Position numbers and translations under genes: made by a program. A stretch of DNA of 64,000 bases, from positions 806,001 to 870,000 of the forward strand of contig NW_020845264.1 in NCBI RefSeq assembly GCF_003704095.1, in the 5' to 3' direction. The DNA comes from Pocillopora damicornis (lineage: Eukaryota). Under the pieces are notes generated by a model. The model searched no databases. It was not told where the DNA came from and worked only from the letters and a program-made list of their open reading frames with translations. Shown here piece after piece: positions 63,183-64,000 of this stretch. Within the stretch, counting starts at the first letter, position 1. Every line of letters starts with the position of its first letter.

Positions 63183-64000
63183 GAAACGATTATGTAACAA
63201 GATATGGACATGTAGAAAAGGGTGTTGTCTCATTTGTAGGGGCTGTCTTGGTGTACCGGTACACGGAGGAATTCCTATTGTTTTCATATCCATACATGGA
63301 GTTGTGACGCAGTTCGTTAATGTTTCGTTCCTTTGTGTAACGGTTCACAAGGACACAACCCATTTGTACCACTTACTTTAAACTTTAAATTCAACCATTT
63401 GCCTCAAAGGCAATAATGAATTAGCCCCTTCTCTGTCGGCTTAGTATTAACACCCCCCTTACTGAATCCATTTTTGGTGTAGGTTAGTTTTTCTTAATGA
63501 CCAGTATATGGTTCGGTTTGGTCCTGTAAGGGTAAACCAAGTAGATAAATGTTTTTTTGTAAAGATTGCTTGGGACGGAGATTATTGGAGATGGATTGTA
63601 AACATCAGAAATGACATTAAAGCAGTCGAAAATCATTAAAGGTGGAATATTTTGAGTCTGTGGAGTGACTGTTATCTGCCCTCCTCACCCACTCTCTGAA
63701 ACAGGAGAAATGCTCGTAAATTTCGCCTTAAAAAGATAACGATAACCTAAAAAAAACCCGAAACGGCAATAAACCAGTCTTGCGCGTTCTTATCTTTGAT
63801 TCATCCCCAGGCCGCGCACTGGCAAGTCACAGACAGCCATGTTACAAACGTCCGGTAACCAATCAAACGCCGCCAAGTGATTTGCCCTTCTGTTCACTTC
63901 CGTCCCTTCGAAGTAACCGCCACAATCTTGGTAATTTTGCTGAAGAACAGCAAACTCTATGGCGAACCAAAAGAGTTTATTACTAACGTATATTATTTGG

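Overview
Gene-dense, AT-rich, intron-containing animal DNA. The repeat families resemble those I associate with stony corals (Scleractinia); this is inference, not verified. The window has several N gaps. Spliced genes in order: 3' end of glyoxalase II (HAGH, +); USP1 (-) head-to-head with POLD2 (+); a BTB-BACK-Kelch KLHL20/diablo-like gene (-) head-to-head with MAP2K3/6 (+); DDX5/DDX17 (DBP2/p68) helicase (+); BFAR (-); LRRC47 (+). Between DDX5/17 and BFAR lies an accessory block with two convergent CDS-intronless Cys-type omega-like GSTs, a kinase pseudogene, an 8-mer satellite and a single-exon NERD (PD-(D/E)xK) nuclease gene. MITEs, SINEs, LINE and Penelope fragments fill introns and intergenic space. 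The best hidden signal is a box C/D snoRNA in DDX5/17 intron 10 whose guide matches the 18S rRNA AACGAGGAAUUC motif (predicted target equivalent to yeast Gm1572/snR57, next to the m7G site). Also notable: the DBP2/p68-type autoregulatory intron with a structured, CpG-retaining island; minimal hammerhead ribozymes of Penelope/retrozyme type; a PIP-degron-like motif in USP1; and the GST/NERD island. Exon coordinates were derived by hand from splice consensus and reading frame.
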